Positions 25,938 through 40,547 of a stretch of 64,000 nt of DNA are shown piece after piece. Within the stretch, counting starts at the first letter, position 1. Every line of letters starts with the position of its first letter. The DNA is from Trichoplax adhaerens (taxonomy: Eukaryota > Animalia > Placozoa). Under the pieces are notes generated by a model. It made no database searches and was not told the DNA's origin. It saw nothing but the letters and a program-made list of their open reading frames with translations. Made by a program: the position numbers and the translations under genes. The stretch lies in NCBI RefSeq assembly GCF_000150275.1, contig NW_002060956.1:1176280-1240279 (forward strand). The letters run 5' to 3'.

Positions 25938-28232
25938 ATGGCCTCCGCTGCAAATCAGAATAAATGCCCTCAAAATCAATGGGTAGCTATTTTGCCAGGT
26001 TAGTTTTACTCCCTTCATAAATGATCAGACTGTTATTATAATACAATTTACTTTGAGCTATCATTTCATGATGATTAACTAGGTAATCCATTTTGATGCA
26101 ATATCGACCGTTACTTGTTTAGTAATACATGCATGACATAACAAGTGGCATGCTAGCCCATCATCATGAAATGTAATCTATGATTCTTGTGATTCTATTC
26201 TAATCTTCATGGATAGCTGCCATCGCTAATACCAATGGAAGCAAAAATCGTATTATAACCTTAAGACATCCACGATTTGGTAAGTAGTAATATTGCCATC
26301 GTTTAACTAAAATTGCAATACTTGTAGAAAGCCAACCTGATGATGCCTAGCAGTATTTGCAAGTACTGCACAGCTGGACTTCAATAAGAAACATAATTCT
26401 TTTCATTAGCCATGTTCTACGTAATCCTCGAATGAATAATCTACATCGTAAAATGACGACAAAATTCGTATTTTCAATTATGTTACTTAGATATTGGATG
26501 CCAATTTTTACTTTGTCAAGAATCTCATTCTCTGTTTGAAATAATGGAATTTAAAGAAGAGCCACGATCCTGGTTTGTTAATAATACCGTCCAACAAAAT
26601 GGAGCCTTATTAATATCAACACCTGTAGATCCTATATTTATGATTCTACCCTATCTTGCCAAAGTCAAGGACAAGGTACTTCTATTTGTGCAATAGCTAA
26701 GGATTATCTTACCACCCCCATTAAGTACAGTAGTTGACTCTGGCTCATACAAGTCTCTTTGATCATATTCAGTTCATACCAATGGATCAAATTCTAATGG
26801 ATGATAAATTTCCATCGTGTTCTCGGTTATATGACTGTGTTTCAGCGAACGACTTGGCTAAAGTATGCGAATGCAAAGGTAAGATACGCTATTATTGTGA
26901 AATAAATCTCACAAACTCATGCTTTCATGATCAATATGAACATAATGTCACTCTGAATGGAAGATGACAATAATGGCAATTTTTATGCTAAGAGTTTACG
27001 AAAGATAGATGAAACTTGATTGATGCATTCATAGGAATAAGCGGTCTACCATGTGTTTTTTATATTGTATGATCTTTTTAAATCCACTCATTAATTATTA
27101 GACACTTTGTACGGTACATCTTCTACATTAAAGTATACGTAGTAAAGTTAGTCATGATTGGAAAGAAACCTGTGCTAATCATCTATACTAATACTATCAT
27201 CAATGCGTGACACGTTGGCAACTTAACTTTAACCAATTACCTTATTATCATAGGCAGTGAAGATCTTTTTGCTTATCGATTGAGTACAGATAAATTAATA
27301 GGATGGATTCAAAGAAAAGTTAGTACTACATAGCTAAAAAAATTTTCATCTCCTATAAGAAAGGTGTAGTAGGTTGCCAAAGCTATCATTAGACTAATGA
27401 AAATGTCCTTGTTATCATACAGATAGAAAGAGTGGCAGATGATTTACGGCACCTGGGTGTCTATGCTGGAACAGGGTCTCAGTCAGAAACATTTACTCGT
27501 AGTTCTAAAGATAGCAGCACCAGTAAAGGTAGCTATATGACTAGTGCTAAACATTAACGTGGTTATTCTTATTCGTGATGTTTAATACTCTGCCATATCC
27601 AATGCCTAGATGACTACATCAAGTATACGTTCGGTCTAATATCGGATTATCTATCTAAAGATATTTGTGCACTCGTTGAGAAAAAGATGAAGTAAAGTAG
27701 ATAGATGATATTAAAATTTTACACGATTTAATAAGTAATTCTTTATATCGTATTTCCATCCAATGTACTGTTTCATTTCAGCATTACGTCACAAAAAATA
27801 GAAATGCCACCTTCTAAGGTTAATAGTATTAAATTCTTTGCCTTCGATACGTATGCTAATTTACTGCGAAAATTTATATTTGTTACTGTTTATTCAGAAA
27901 CTGAAGCAAGAGACAAAATCCCAAGGACCCACAGATGATTACACAAAATTTAATCCGCCATCAACGTTGGCAGCTCAAGTTCAGTCGTCTCATGATGATA
28001 AGGTACATTGACTGATTATACAACGTTGCTATGTTCTCATTCAGTCGAAGCTAATCGAATGATAATTTATCTAACAGCTACTGTAACACTCATACATATA
28101 CTGATTTTCATCGTTAATTCCTTTTAAAAGGCTAGAAAATTAACCTCAAGTGAACGAAAATTAAAGAAAGTAGATAAAACCAATATAAAATCAATTAGTA
28201 GCTATTTCTTCCGAGACAAAAAAGCATCGTAA
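25938..28232 (+). CDS. RNASEH2B: Ribonuclease H2 subunit B
   Basis: Ten exons: ITLRHPRF, LFEIMEFKEEPRSWFVNNTVQQNGALLISTPVDPIFMILPYL, FIPMDQILMDDKFP, AYRLSTDKLIGWIQRK, YTFGLISDYLS, GPTDDYTKFN, and a C-terminal PIP-box-like KVDKTNIKSISSYFF. Confidence 0.93.
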
Positions 28233-31200
28233 ATAGGCTTCCTAAGCGACCATGCGTTCTATATTCTGTACATATATTCGTATGTAGTAATACGCGTATG
28301 TAATATAATTTGATCATGTTCGTATGGCATTCATTGTAATAATATAATTATTAAACCTATCTGCACAACAGAATAAGTATTAAAAAGTGTAACCTTATAC
28401 TGGACTGCTATGTCGGCAATTTTTACATTCAAGTTTACTGTATGCATGATATTCAGAAGCACCTGGTTCTTTATCTGAAATGTGTAAGGCATGATTAAAA
28501 GTATTAATTCTTTTCATAAAGTGTTATGTTCATCTAAAGACTTTACTATTAGCGCAAAGCTACGAGTATAATGATTTTAATAAATGATCTGTCAGATGCC
28601 GTGATAGATGCTAAAGGAATTCGTCATATTTCTACGGGAAGATTTCAAACAAATAGCGTTTCCTTGTTTTCACATTCTAACTTATTATTATGCTGTGTAG
28701 CAAAGGTTAGTGTAATTTCGTTCTCGAATGTAAATTGATTGCCAGCAAAATAATTTAGACCATTGCCTCTTTGCTATTTGGAAGTGCAGCCATATGATCC
28801 TAACAATGTAGTACAGAGAATCGAAAAGCACAAAAACAAAAATATTTGTGTATTGTTAGAGATTTTGATTATATGATTTAGGGAATTATTTTTCAAAGGA
28901 AATTTTCTATCTTGTGCATGAAATCTTTCAACATGATCGCAGCCTCGATTTTATTTATTTTATAAAAAATGGTTGCTAGGATCTAATAATTATCCCTGAG
29001 CTAATGATATTTAAATGGTCAATTTAAACAATAAATATTTAAAAAATGCGACAATAATGCGTATCATTAAGATACGTACAAGTCTATGAATACGGAACAA
29101 AAGCGCATAAAAAGGAAATTTCATTCAAAATTTATTAAATTGATATTAATAGTATATTGTACCGTACTGTTTTACTCTGCGTAAATTTGAATTTAAAAAT
29201 TTCTAGTACTTTTAAACTTTGATTATGTATTTAGTTTGGTTTCAGCGCCCATCATTATTTATAATATTCTAGCTAATACACAAATACCCCATTAGAGATA
29301 TTGATAGGACGTAGCAATTAACCTGCCGATCTATGTAAAAGTCCTTGTAGGGTATAGCAAGCACTATTTATCTGACACTTTTGCAGCTATGAATTAAATG
29401 TACGGTATTATTCAGTTGGGTTGCCATGTCATCGGAGGATAGTTTCAAGGTAAAGAATTTTAGGATACAGGAATATCGCCTCTTGTCATAAACTTATCAT
29501 GGTTTTATAGTTACCATTTGTCGTCTATCCTGCAAGCAGCCGAGTTTTCAGAAATAGTCTCTATTAATAATTATAGTTTATCTATTACTCAGTAATGCAA
29601 TATTACAATTGATTGTTATTCGATGTCATTATCGATGAACAAGCAGGTGATATCAGCAAGATACAAATACCTTTACAGTAACGTTAATTTATCTTCTGCT
29701 TATCTAACAGATTTTAATAATTTTTCTTATTCTCCACATATATGAAATTGCATGAAATGTGAGACATGGCGAATTAATCGAAATCTTAAAAGGAAAGAAT
29801 AAATATTCGTATAATCTACCATTCCATGTTACAAAGGTACTATAGTTATTTTCTTATATTGAAATTGATCAAACGAAAATTTTCAATATGAATTGAATAG
29901 AATAATAGAATAATGACTTAGCATTTTCATCGCCTTTATCTCCTTTTCCCAATTGAAATTGGAAGGGTCTAAATTTTATATGGAAATCAATTCATCAATG
30001 ATCAATTGAGGTACTCAGTTTATAACGTGTCATGTGTGTGGTGCCATCACCAACATGAGTTTAAATTGAATGCGATTGAATTTTAGACGATCCAATTACT
30101 GTGATTAATTGCTTAAGGAATCACTGATTACATCGCCATTTTTAAGACTAGACTACTAGCTGATTGATATCAAGTTAGAGAAACTAGTGTTAAATCAATA
30201 GCTAGAAAACAGCAAGGAATTGACTACTTCAATTTAAAGTTATGTTATAGCTTGTACGATAAGCGAATCTTTTAGAATGAAAATATTTCTATTTCATCCT
30301 TATGATTCAGGTATGGCTAATACTATCTATATGCTATCATCTTATACTTGAGTAACTATATTATAATATGGTCAAGCTATTCGTCTATTCCATGTATTAG
30401 AGTTTTATTAATTATATTATGAATTTTATCTAATTTTCCTAATCATGCAACTAGCTAAACATTTCTTTTGTGACAGATAAGGCGTTACAGTAACATCAGA
30501 AATAAAAACAGAATCATCGCTACCCTGACGCATGATCTATCTCCTCTATTAATTTTCGGCCAAGCAGCACAACAACAAAGATTATTAATAATGTAAAATA
30601 GTGAGGTATTATAATTATTATTAAAACTCAATAGACAAGAATAATACTTGGTGATTAATTAAGAGCGAGGTCAAGGATGAGGTCGAGCGTAGGAAGTGCA
30701 GTAAATCCTGTTAAAATATCATCCGTCCAGTTATTATTCTATCATCACGTAAAATAAAATAAATTACATTTGATTATCGGTATATAAAAACAAGATACAT
30801 TTCTTCCTAAAACTGAATCGAATTTATCGATGTCATATTGATATAATTACCAGTAAGTGGTAGCTAGTTTGGCTGGCTATTTGACTAGCTACGACTGCGC
30901 ACTATAATTATTCTTATAATTTGACAGCCATTCTTGGCAGGCGTGTCTGTAGAATTAACAAGTTTCGCTCTTAATAATCTTAATAGCGACAAATTAGTCT
31001 GATGCATACTTTGGACGAGATGGTCAAATTCTGTAGTACTTTACTTCAAATTACTACGTATATGCGTACATATTCGTATTAATAAATTGTTGATCAATTT
31101 TTATTTTGTGTCAAAGTTGCGTTAAGTCGACCAGAGTGCCAAGAAAGTGGAATCAAAGTTTGATAGAAGTTTTGTAGTTTGATTTCTACATATTTCATTT

Positions 31201-34200
31201 CATTACACTCATGCCAAGATTTCAATAATTTGGAATAATTTGCTGAATCTATTATAGGGAATGACAATTTGGTTAGCTTAGTAAATTAAAAGTATGATGC
31301 TATCTGATTTTGAATCCTACTAACCTGATAATCGACTTTAAAATTTTAATACCCACTTTCTCTTAGAAAGAAAGAAGAAAATTTACACCAATATCACCTA
31401 AAAAACTACTTTATTTGTTGCTTTAATGCAATAGATACTGCATAATTTATATATTGATTTCACTACTATTTGAAATTCTACTTGAAAATTAGACAGCAGG
31501 GAAGATTTTTAAATTAGTGGTATTTTCTAGTAGTGAAGAAGTTACGATAAATTAAGACTAAAATAGAAAATTTAAAGAATTTGATATGTTTCATGTAAGA
31601 AAATAATATCGAATGTGCAGTACAATAAAAGGTGTTATTCAGATGTTAGCTTTAATAATGTTTACCTATCTAGATAAGCATATCCAATCGTAGAATAGTT
31701 GATATTGAAATGTAAATATTATATCATGAAGGAGATACCACTATTTAAAGTGGTTTACGCGGCAGAAAGTATACGTAAATTAAGGTAAGTAATATTGAAC
31801 CAAGGATATTTATCGAGTCTATAATACGAATCAATTATCCTAGATTATTACTACGGCAGTAAATTTTATTTATCTTACTATCCTGTCATCAAAGCTACGT
31901 CTTAATAAATCATTTATTAAAAGTTTGCATATTATGCAACTATAGATTATCAATAACATTATAGGCTATCATTATATGTTTTCTTATACAAAATCAGAAA
32001 ATAATTATCCTTGCAAGCTTCCAGTAGCAGTCTGTAATAAGCAGTATAGCTTTGTATGTAAAAGAATTTAGCTAGATGCTCATTGCATATCCTAGTTGAT
32101 AATTTCGCCTCGACACATTGTGAAGAAAATTAACACTTGAGGATAGCCATAGATCGGTAGTCAAATAGCTTATCAAAATGGAAATATAGCCTTTAAAAGT
32201 CATGTACAACATATATTCATTACCCTTCGCTGTATAACTTGGATTTTAATTTAGCATTGGAATAAATATGGTCTATGAAATACCGGCATTTGATAGATTA
32301 TTTTGTCATTGATCATGCTCAAAGCTAACCTCTAGGTGCAATGATAGCAAATGAATAAGCTATGTATAAATATTCAAACTGTCGTCAGTATCACAGCACT
32401 GACAGAGGATTGCACAACTCAAGCTAATTTTACGATGTATGTATATACATGATGAATAAATATTTAGCGGCTTATTTATTCATTAATCATGAATTAATCC
32501 TTGATTACTAACAGTCGCATGTCTATATAAACATATATTCCAGTTAGTATTTCTAATTTATGGTTAAAGCACACAATTTTTACATTATTTCTTTAATACA
32601 TGTAAATTCGTATATTTGAAAGATGAATATTTGCTACCCCCAAATCGCCTCACATTGTCATGAGTAAATTAATAAAAGATACGTAGGTGCAAATACACTC
32701 TCGCTCGTACTATTGCATCCTAGCAGAATTATATAGTTTTAAAATTGTTTTGAATCTAGTGGTACATACAGTATATGAAAGATTAGTATTTAGACTTTGT
32801 TTACAATGGATTACGAATTTTATCGAAACAGTAATTATAAATTTGTAAAAGCCATTTAAATATATAATTATATGTTTCTAGCGAAATTTCGGCATCATCG
32901 ATATAAAATCATTTAAGTTCAATTTAGTTGGTAAATATCCACCATCCGTAATGGATCAATACTTGATTCTCATTTATTATTATTAACGAACTAAATTAAT
33001 TTATAGTGACGATAAATTAATTGAACAAAAACCATTTGCGATATTTTTGCCTATCGCATATAATAATAAGATTGTAAAGTTTTAAATTCACTAAAAAAAG
33101 ATAGATATCAGCTACGAAGGATTAATTTTGATAACTTATTTTTTGTCAACAACTACCAATAAAACTGATGTAGAAGAACGACAAGTTGATCTGACTAGAA
33201 CTAAGTCCATACTGCAACACGAATATAACAACTGCACGGGTTTTTATTTAAGCTTGAAATAACACATCTACGAAAGATCGAGGTTTAATGACTCATTTGT
33301 CATCGGTTATCAATTATAATACCATGTAAAAATAATAAACTTGTACCAGATAGTCATAATTTTACAGTTAAATCGATACAAGTGCGCTAAGGACAGTGAT
33401 AGATATATTTGTATAAATGATTAGATTACAATTTCTATTTCATACAATATACTAAATACAATCAACATGGAGTGAAATTAATACAGGAAGAAATCGATTG
33501 CAGTCCTGTAGAATATATCAATCCATTAAAAATGGATGTATCTTAGGTTTTTTGCCCTACTTTGATGTTTTTTATATTATTATAATTCATTCTTATTACT
33601 ATTAATAGGAATAATATTTTTTATTAAATTTGTAACAATAGGCAAATGATTATCATTCTTCAGCGGCTAAGCTAATCAAGTTGGTATTGCCATTCTAATT
33701 CTAGCTGTAAATTTAATATTGTATTGATAATGTAGACATAATAATTGTCGGCGTTGTTGATTACCATTTTATTCTTCCATTTCAACCCATTCTTAATGTT
33801 TGATTGTTGTCATTCTACCTTATTCCTTTATCATGCCAGTAGGGTAAATTATTGTAGAATAGAAATTAATTTTAACTTATAAATGGTCTAAATCTGTCCA
33901 TCACTGGCAATGACGAAGCAAGATATTATAAAAATAGATTAATCAGTGTAAAAGATTTGAATTAAACTTATGCATACATCGAAAATAATGTAATAATGCT
34001 GTATTTGCATTCCAGCTGTATAAGTTGATAAAGCACAAAAGAACAGTAGTATTTCAGTATTGTCCAAGTCTTTATCTTCTTCTCTTTCACACATTTACTT
34101 TCTCTATTAATCCAGTATAAATTTGAATGTTTTCGGGATACATCGTCTTCAACACTAATAACTTGAAATACTGTTCGTCGTCACTATATTGTGTCAAAGC

Positions 34201-34519
34201 AATTCAAAAAAATTTGAATGTAGATAAATTCGCCGCCAACTAAAGTTTGAAGAAACCGGTCTTACTTTATGGTATACAAGATTGGTCCTATTTATCCATC
34301 GTGAAAGGCGTCAAGACGTAAAATTAAAGGTAAGTTAACTAACTCTATCCCGTATACATTTGTATATGTTCTTTTCAATAATAGTATAGATACTGAATGC
34401 CTTCAATGAAGGCCACTATTCATTTTTGAGCATTTTCTAGCCTGAAATGACTTTATCAAATCGGACTAAAAATCTTCTTTTTAATCCAAAATCCATTATT
34501 ATTTTATCGAAAATTTCCC

Positions 34520-35000
34520 TCTTAAATATTTTCTGGTGATTCAATGCCGTCTATTTTTGATCATTTAATGTGGACAACGATACTATGATAAAAGTATCAA
34601 TCAAATGAAAGCTATAGATTATGGGATGAATATCTATCAGGATTAGGTTTTTTCATTATTAGAAAACGAAATCTATCCATTCTCATCATTTATACATTTA
34701 CTTGTAGTCATTAAATGCATCTATTTTGCTTATTTAACTTGAATAACGGCACTATGATAAAGTATCAATCATATGGAAGATACAAATTGAGGGATAAATT
34801 ATGAAGATCCATCATGATCTGTTTTATATATTATTTTAAAAATAAAACATAAATCCTTGTTTTCCTTATTGATACTTATATTTGTAATGATTCAAAGTTC
34901 ATTTATTTTGACCATCAAAGTGAATAACGGTACTATGATAAAAGCATTAACCCGATAGAGGATATAGACGAAGGGACGGATTATGACTTAATCCATCATA
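34520..35000. repeat. Degenerate ~170-bp tandem repeat (3 copies)
   Basis: ACTATGATAAA.G at ~34582, ~34751 and ~34932, with shared flanks. Confidence 0.7.
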
Positions 35001-35169
35001 TTTAGGTAAACACAAGATAAAAAATTAAAATATGCACCTTCCCATTAGAGCTACAAATATTAATGATGATGGTTCAAATTTTGAATTTAAACTATTCGAT
35101 ATAAATAGTAGTACATGGCTGATTTCTACTTGATGAAACAATTTCTACATTCTCATTATTCGAATATGC

Positions 35170-35375
35170 ACCTACTAAAATTTAAAATCTTTTAATTTGA
35201 GCCATTAATTAGACATGATTAATGACTATAACGCTGTCAAGCATCATTAGCATGAATTTATACATTCTTTTTAGTTGTATATTTCCTTACTAAAATTTAA
35301 AACCTTTTAATTTGAATTATTTAACAGATACAATTCATAATCATAATGCTATCAAGCATTATTAGCATAGATTGA
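35170..35375. repeat. Two-copy ~115-bp tandem duplication
   Basis: TACTAAAATTTAAAA.CTTTTAATTTGA...TCAAGCAT.ATTAGCAT at ~35173 and ~35288. Confidence 0.75.
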
Positions 35376-38324
35376 GCATTGAATTGTAACTAGATTTCTC
35401 TCCTATTTGAATATTCTATGACGTTAAAATGAAATCTATGTAATACGACGATTTCATATTTCTTACTTTGGCCGTCCAACATGAATAAGGGTGGTCAAAA
35501 TACCGACTAAATGATTGGATTAAGGATTGTACCGTATCTGCAGCCTCCATTGTAATTATCGAAATTGACTATTAGATGGAAATTAAGTTTCCATGTTATG
35601 GGTATTAATTTCATCTCTTGACTACCACAACAGCTTGATCAAAATATCAATCCTGAGGATAGATTCAGAATCGACTGTATTCATTAATTATTAACAGATT
35701 TTTTTACGAGATGGAAATTAAATCTGTATTTCTATCATTCTACTACAGTAGAAATGAATACTTGAATTGAAGAGAGATGACAAGGGATGATTACTTTCAA
35801 TCTTTTAGCACTCTCCTATTTTCTACTGTCATTTACTCTTCTTTTCGTGCATGGTATACTGTCTTGTTTTCAGAAGGTTGTTACACCGCTCCAATATTGT
35901 CATAGCTGTAAGATTGCACTATTCGTCAGCTGGTATAATAGTTGAATCCTAATTTAAAATGGAAATGAACAGAAAAGAATCTGATCGTAATATCGACCAA
36001 TGGACCCGTTGTTCGAATCAGTTCGCATCCACTTGAAATTTTAATCAATTTTTGGATTCCCATTTCTGGTCTGCCTTGCCCTTAATACTTGCTATAATTC
36101 GTCTCGTGTCTCATTATTGTTAATGTCTTAAAATATCCTTTCAAAACTAGTACAATACCCTAAATACTCTGCCTGTTTTCAATTAGCAGAAAATGATGAC
36201 ATAAACGCACTATGGCAACGAATTACCATGCTATCTATACTGTAGGCATGTAAAATTTTAAGTTGGTTTGATTTGTAATCGTTTCTTCGCTTTACCTCAC
36301 CATAAAACTGCATCTTCTATCCTCAATGATATTATTAAAGCTACATGCTGATGTAAAGTCTTACTTTCTAGCCAATCTTTTTATTTATCACCAAGTATAC
36401 TAGAGCTGTTACTCCTGAAAAAGTGGACAGTTATTTTATCGTTCTACTATTTTAATTTAGTCAAGTCGTTGTTTTTTTCTTTTTCGAAGGCTATTGTTTA
36501 CTTAATTTTGCCTTGACAACCTATTAAAAGTCGCGAACGGCTATTACCGAATTTGTTCTTTTTATAATTATCAGCAGTCTTGATTCATTAATTTGCTATT
36601 GGAGTTTAATTTACTTTGAATAACTAATCAATTTTTGACCACCATACTGACTGTGATTGTAATATCGACGAAATTTTATACCAACAAGGTAGCAATAACT
36701 TGATAATTAGTTTTACTGTAGGTCTTTTGATTTTACTAGAGGAGTGTTACGGAGTAACTTTTAAGCAGCTGTCGTAACAGATTCCATAAGATAATCTTTC
36801 CAAGAATGTATTTACATACCGTTATCTATGATGTTTTACATATTTTTTAATAGATAACTACATAGCTTTATAATATTATCTATAAACTGATAATAAATGC
36901 TTATATCGATTCGTTATAAATTGACTGACTTTTCAATAAAGTTTGGATTCAGTTATGTCTTAGACAGACTAGTGATGTTATTATTCCTCCTGACGATAGG
37001 AGATTGTCAGTATTTAGCTAAAAGTCGTACTGTAGGTTAATATCAGGGAGGACAAACCTGACAGTAGATTCGTAGTATAATTTTTACAATATTTTTAGCA
37101 TTTTCCTCGTTACAAATTTCGATTTGTAATAAGTAGATAAAAATGAAATAATCGATTGGATTTACTAACAAATACAGTAGTCAAAGTGAACTTTCTTTAT
37201 TTCAGACACATAAACAGACTTACTGTGCTACATCCCTACTACCGGTAAAGTCGTTCTCTTGCTGGACATTCTCACCTTTGCATAGCGGTAGCTGCGCCTG
37301 TATAGTTAGCACTCACTAAAAGTATCTACTATAATCATCATCTAGCTTAAATAGGATGGAGATAAAAGATAGTTTTAGCATGATGACAGAATAAGTGGGC
37401 TAATTTCGGTCAAGGCAGCGACATGAATGGATGAGTCTAAGTAGCAGCTATAAATCACTCCTGATGTCTAATGTTTAATTAACATGATTTTGTCTTATTT
37501 CACTATGTACATCATAATAGATCCATTATATATTTGTAACTAAGGAGGTTAGTAAACTGTTTACAAATACCTTTACATAGAGGCATAGTATATAGGTTTC
37601 CAGATAGAAGCAAGCACCATGATTATTAAGACTATTATAGTTCTCTAAAAGGAGAAGTTATAAATGTTTTATAGAATAATGGTAATCATAAATATGGAAA
37701 AGTGGTATACAAAAAATTGGCTATAAATTGCAGAAACTGTTTTCGTAGATCTTTCCCGGATTATCTACTTTAAGTCTATTTATTCATTGGACTTATATCG
37801 ACTATACGACAAAAGTAAGCTATTCGTCTAATTTATAATAAGGACTTGGAGGACGGATATTGATTAATTATTCTAAATCTGTCATATCTAATGAACTTTG
37901 TACAGTACAGTTACCGGAGTATCCAACCGGCATTTTATGAGCCTACTTATCCAAATCTTTTCTATCTAGCTTAAGTAGCGGTCATAATCTTAGATTTTTA
38001 TCGGCTATTCTCGATCTGTTGAATTAACTAAGATTTATTAACGTAACTTACGCCTTACTAGCATGTGTTGTAATCTTTACCTTGTTTCTGATATTGGTTT
38101 TAATTGCGGAAATGGATTAATTTTATGAACTGATTTAATTTATCGGCTAGAACTTACCTATTTGTAAACATCATCCTGAGATCGAAGCTTCTATCTTCGT
38201 TTTACTAATTTATTTTTAATCATGAATAAGTTCAAGTCCTTTATAGCGACTGATTTATCTTCAAATCTATCCAACTCCATTATTTTGATCTACTCTTAAT
38301 TAAATTTTCAACTTTTTATATAGT

Positions 38325-39480
38325 AAAATTAAATCATCTCGATTTTAAGTGAATCATTTAACCTAAAATCATGTTAAATGGAGTTTTCGAACTAATCGCG
38401 GGAAGTGCCATCTATTTTCATACCTGGAGGTGCCTACCTGATATCACAACATGATTATATAAGTTATTTTGCTCGTAGACTCCCGTCTCTGATTGAATCG
38501 TAGAATGGATAGTTTTTTTTCCTTATTGATTGACTTGCATTAGTTTACTAGGTAAATAACAACAAAGTTAAATCATCTCCTCGATTTCACATAAATTATT
38601 TGACTCAGAATCACGTTACATGAAAATTTTCAAACTAATTGCGGAAGTACCATGCTCAAACTTGGTTAGTTGCTATCGCAACAAGATATTATAAATTATT
38701 TCCCTCGGAGACTCCCGTCTTGGACAGAATCGTAGAATTGCCTAGCCTTTTCCTATCAATTGACTAGAACGGATATACTGAGTAAGTAACAAATACATTA
38801 AGAGCGAAATTAAATCATCTCCTCGATTCAAGTAAACCATTTAACCTAAAATCACCTTAAATGAAATTTTTCGAGCTAATTGTGTCAAGTAACATACTCA
38901 AAGGTGCCTGCCTAATTACGATCACAACAAGATCTTATAAATTGTTTTGCTCATAGAACTTCTATCTTATATAGAATCATAGAAATAAGTGGTCTTTCCC
39001 CATCGACTGAATTGGGTTGATTTACTGACTAAATAAGAGCAAAATCTAATCATCTTGATTTCAAGTAAACCATTTAAACTAGAATCACGTTAAATTAAAA
39101 TTTTCAAAATAATCGCTGAAAGTATCATCTGTTTGCATGCCTGAAGGTACCTAGCTAGTAACACAACAAGAACTTATAAGTTATTTTGCGCATAGACTCC
39201 AGTCTCAAATGGAATCGTAGATATGCGAATTTTTTACCTATCAATTGACTAGGATTGATTTGCTGAGTAAATAACAGCAAAATTATTAATTCAGAATTAT
39301 ATTTAATGGAATCTTTCGAGCTAATTGCGGAATGTATCATCTGTTTTCAAATCTGAAGGTGCCTAGCTAATATGACAACAACATCTTAAAAATTATTTTA
39401 CTCATAGACTCCCGCTCCAGGTAGAATCGTCGGTATGAGTTTTGTCTTTTCCCTATCGATTAATTAAGATTGATTTGATA
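38325..39480. repeat. ~240-bp tandem repeat, ~5 copies, upstream of the sGC gene
   Basis: Units start at ~38325, 38564, 38807, 39041 and 39279. They share AAATCATCTC, CTAAT.GCGGAA, AGGTGCCT, TAGACTCCCGTCT and GAATCGTAGA. Confidence 0.9.
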
Positions 39481-40547
39481 CAATTCTATATTAGATTGTG
39501 AATATTGACTCGGTATTGTCCTACAAATCCCTCTTTTCAGGTTTTTACAACTCAATGCTATTGCAATAAACATAGAAGGAAATTTTTATTCTGTTTAATT
39601 TGCATCATTTAGTTATGAAAATAGCTATAACTCTGATATTCTTAAGGTGATCTAATTTAATATAGCTAAAGTTATGAATTTATAATAGATAGAGCAACAC
39701 TTGATATTATAAAGCCTGTTGAATTTAATTTAGCACATTTATATCGGCCGATAATTTAGATTGGATTCAGTTCTGATTGCAAATATTTTTCCGTTATTTC
39801 AATTGGAAAAGATTGAATGTAGTGACTTACTCAATGCTGATAAGTACTCTTCATTTTGTCTAATTTGCTTTAATTCGGCTATAGTCCAAGATACCAAGAG
39901 CTATTTTGGTTGAATGGTTAATTTGATATAGTTAAGGCGTGATGTTGTAGACTTGACTTAATATTTCTTGTTCTATCTAACAAAATATCATTCATGTACA
40001 ATGATATTCATAGACAAATCTTTCCTTATCTGTTTAATTTGATGTAGTGAGTAAATATCAAGATTGCCTTTGAAGAGGAGTGATTTCATTTTATTCCGGG
40101 TAATGATTCAAGCACACATAATTTTTTATCCTCATCTATTTTTAAAACATTGCTATTATACTGCGATATTACTTTTAAATCTTGACATAAATGGTAGTAT
40201 TTTTGACGCTAGAGTGATTTTTGGTCCTTGATTGTCTATTCTTAAAAATTGAATAGTTTCACGGCAATATCAGCTCTGATTTTTCCTTCAATTCTGGTTA
40301 TAAATTACATCGACAACTTTATTTACCAGTTACATATTGATAGTCTATTTGACTCAAGATTCAGATACTCATGATCATTTGAGTCATTTTTTTAATTCTA
40401 TTTCATAGTAATATCGAGGATTAAATATCTGCTCTTTTCGATTACAGATCGATCTTAACGGACTAATTATCTTTATAAAATTGGAAAAAAAGAGCTTACA
40501 TATCAACAACCGGCGTTGAATAAAGCTTTTAGGACTAAATCTAAAAA

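Noticed and set aside
30668-30685. Nuclear-receptor-like half-sites AGGTCA-AGGATG-AGGTCG
   Set aside because: It is a single short instance with non-canonical spacing and cannot be supported without conservation data.
35860-36420. Decayed minus-strand gene (SYDNIGAV TPR-like; MGIQKL FEN1-like; a splice-bounded segment)
   Set aside because: The matches are only 6-8 residues long and interrupted by stops, so they are indistinguishable from chance.
38325-39480. CRISPR-like array, and ORF 39155-39340
   Set aside because: Whole units are homologous with no unique spacers, the context is eukaryotic, and the ORF is not kept in the other units.
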